Source of the DNA: Nitrosopumilales archaeon | GTDB taxonomy: Archaea; Thermoproteota; Nitrososphaeria; Nitrososphaerales; Nitrososphaeraceae | Length of the DNA: 16,825 bases | Direction: 5' to 3' | Assembly: GCA_044507735.1 (NCBI GenBank) | Contig: JBIQJB010000038.1 | Coordinates: 1-16,825, forward strand | Shown here: piece by piece, positions 15,154 through 16,825 of the stretch | Position numbering within the stretch: the first letter of the stretch is position 1 | How the letters are laid out: the number at the start of each line of letters is the position of its first letter | Notes under the pieces: model-generated | The model's database searches: none | The model's input: the letters and a program-made list of their open reading frames with translations, nothing else | Told to the model about the DNA's origin: nothing | Made by a program: the position numbers and the translations under genes

Positions 15154-16825
15154 ATGTCAATACAACAGGGATCGGCTGGAGGCGTTCCAGTATTAATTCT
15201 CAAAGAAGGGGCGTCGCAGACAAAGGGGCGCGACGCGCAAAAGAACAACATAACCGCTGCAAAGCTGATAGCTGAAATAGTTAGAAGTTCACTTGGCCCA
15301 AGGGGGATGGACAAAATGCTTGTAGATACCCTTGGCGATGTCACAATTACAAACGATGGCGCAACCATCCTGAAGGAAATTGATGTCCAGCATCCAGCCG
15401 CAAAGATGATGGTGGAGATCAGCAAGGCGACAGATAATGAAGTCGGCGATGGTACTACCTCTGTTGTGGTGCTTGCCGGCGCGCTTATTGAAAAGGCAGA
15501 AGAGCTGATCAACAAGGATGTGCACCCAACGATCATTGTTGATGGCTACAGAAAGAGCGCAACAAAGGCCATTGAAGTTCTGAACAGCATTTCGCAAAAG
15601 ATCACCGGCAACGAAAAACAGGATCTGGCAAGAATAGCCAAGACCTCGATGCAGACCAAGCTGGTTTCAAAAGAGGCAGATGATCTTGCACAGATTGTAG
15701 TCAACGCTGCTCTGTCTGTTGCCGACAAGACTGACTCGGGCTATAGAGTGGATATTGACGACATCAAGGTGGAAAAGAAGGCCGGTGGTAGCATCCGCGA
15801 CACCAAACTGATCAAGGGCATAGTCCTTGACAAGGAGGTTGTGCATGGCGGCATGCCAAAGAGGATTGAAAAGGCCAAGATTGCATTGATCAACTCGGCG
15901 CTAGAGATAGAAAAGACTGAATTTGATGCCAAGATAAACATCAGTTCTCCGGATCAGATGAAGATGTTCCTCGAAGAGGAAAACCGCATGCTCAAGTCCA
16001 TGGTCGACAAGATAGTACAGAGCGGCGCAAACGTCCTCCTGTGCCAGAAGGGCATCGACGACATTGCGCAGCACTACCTTGCAAAGGCCAACATTCTGGC
16101 AGTAAGGCGCGTAAAGGAATCAGATATGACCAAGATGTCCCGCGCAACTGGTGCCAGGATTGTCAACAACCTTGATGATCTGACTGCAAAGGACCTTGGG
16201 AGTGCAGACTTGGTCGAAGAGCGCAAGGTAGAGACTGACAAGTGGGTCTTTATCGAGGGATGCAAACACCCGAAATCTGTCACAATCCTGATCAGGGGCG
16301 GCTCTCAGAGAGTGGTTGACGAGGCTGACAGGTCTGTGCATGACGCATTGATGGTTTCAAAGGACGTTCTCGAAAAGCCGGCAATTGTCGCAGGAGGTGG
16401 AGCTCCTGAAGCCTATGCTGCGTCAAAGCTCAGAGAATGGGCAAGCACCCTGTCTGGCAGAGAACAGCTGGCTGCCGAGAAATTTGCAGAAGCCCTAGAA
16501 GTGATCCCGCTGTCTCTTGCAGAGAACGCAGGCATGGATCCGATCGACACCATCACTGAGCTTCGGTCAAAGCAGAGTAGGGGAAGCAAGTGGACCGGTG
16601 TGGACGCAAGGAATGCCAAGATTGCCGACATGAGCAAGCTGGATGTGGTGGAGCCCCTTGCAGTCAAGGAGCAGATAATCAAGTCTGCCACAGAGGCGGC
16701 GTCCATGATCCTTAGGATCGACGACGTGATTGCCTCAAGCAAGTCCGGCGGCGCACCCTCAATGCCCCCAGGCGGCATGGGTGGTATGGGCGGCATGGGT
16801 GGTATGGGCGGCATGCCCGGAATGG
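15154..16825 (+). CDS. ths: Thermosome (group II chaperonin) subunit, 3' end just outside the window
   Basis: Manual translation: MSIQQ...[51 protein letters not shown] tail. No stop codon in the window, so it is missing from the ORF track. Confidence 0.97.
   Translation, partial: MSIQQGSAGGVPVLILKEGASQTKGRDAQKNNITAAKLIAEIVRSSLGPRGMDKMLVDTLGDVTITNDGATILKEIDVQHPAAKMMVEISKATDNEVGDGTTSVVVLAGALIEKAEELINKDVHPTIIVDGYRKSATKAIEVLNSISQKITGNEKQDLARIAKTSMQTKLVSKEADDLAQIVVNAALSVADKTDSGYRVDIDDIKVEKKAGGSIRDTKLIKGIVLDKEVVHGGMPKRIEKAKIALINSALEIEKTEFDAKINISSPDQMKMFLEEENRMLKSMVDKIVQSGANVLLCQKGIDDIAQHYLAKANILAVRRVKESDMTKMSRATGARIVNNLDDLTAKDLGSADLVEERKVETDKWVFIEGCKHPKSVTILIRGGSQRVVDEADRSVHDALMVSKDVLEKPAIVAGGGAPEAYAASKLREWASTLSGREQLAAEKFAEALEVIPLSLAENAGMDPIDTITELRSKQSRGSKWTGVDARNAKIADMSKLDVVEPLAVKEQIIKSATEAASMILRIDDVIASSKSGGAPSMPPGGMGGMGGMGGMGGMPGM
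16771..16815 (+). repeat. Coding tandem repeat (GGC GGC ATG GGT GGT ATG)x2.5 = (GGM)5
   Basis: Directly visible 18-nt unit in the thermosome C-terminal tail. Confidence 0.9.

Noticed and set aside
15126-16814. Series of minus-strand ORFs, including an MPPIPP repeat
   Set aside because: They are the antisense of the plus-strand thermosome gene that the ORF track missed.
1-16825. CRISPR array, transposase or defence system
   Set aside because: No spaced direct repeats, terminal inverted repeats or relevant protein motifs were found by eye.

Overview
Archaeal core-genome window, very probably from an ammonia-oxidising Nitrososphaerota (Thaumarchaeota), Nitrososphaera-like genome; this is inferred from protein style and gene content, not from a search. 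In order it holds: a minus-strand tRNA-Leu(TAG) split by two introns; a phosphohexomutase (GlmM-like); the rpl7ae-rps28e-rpl24e-ndk-infB(aIF5B) operon; thioredoxin; a 1553-aa membrane-anchored S8 protease; a solitary rpl11; a wHTH regulator plus an HTH-less Lrp/AsnC protein; an MFS transporter; a C2H2 zinc-finger microprotein; a rhomboid protease with a C-terminal Hsp20-like domain; and a thermosome subunit cut by the window end (absent from the ORF track). The most notable items are the rhomboid-Hsp20 fusion next to the thermosome, a K-turn-like element over the rpl7ae ribosome-binding site, and the double-intron tRNA. No mobile element or CRISPR array was seen.
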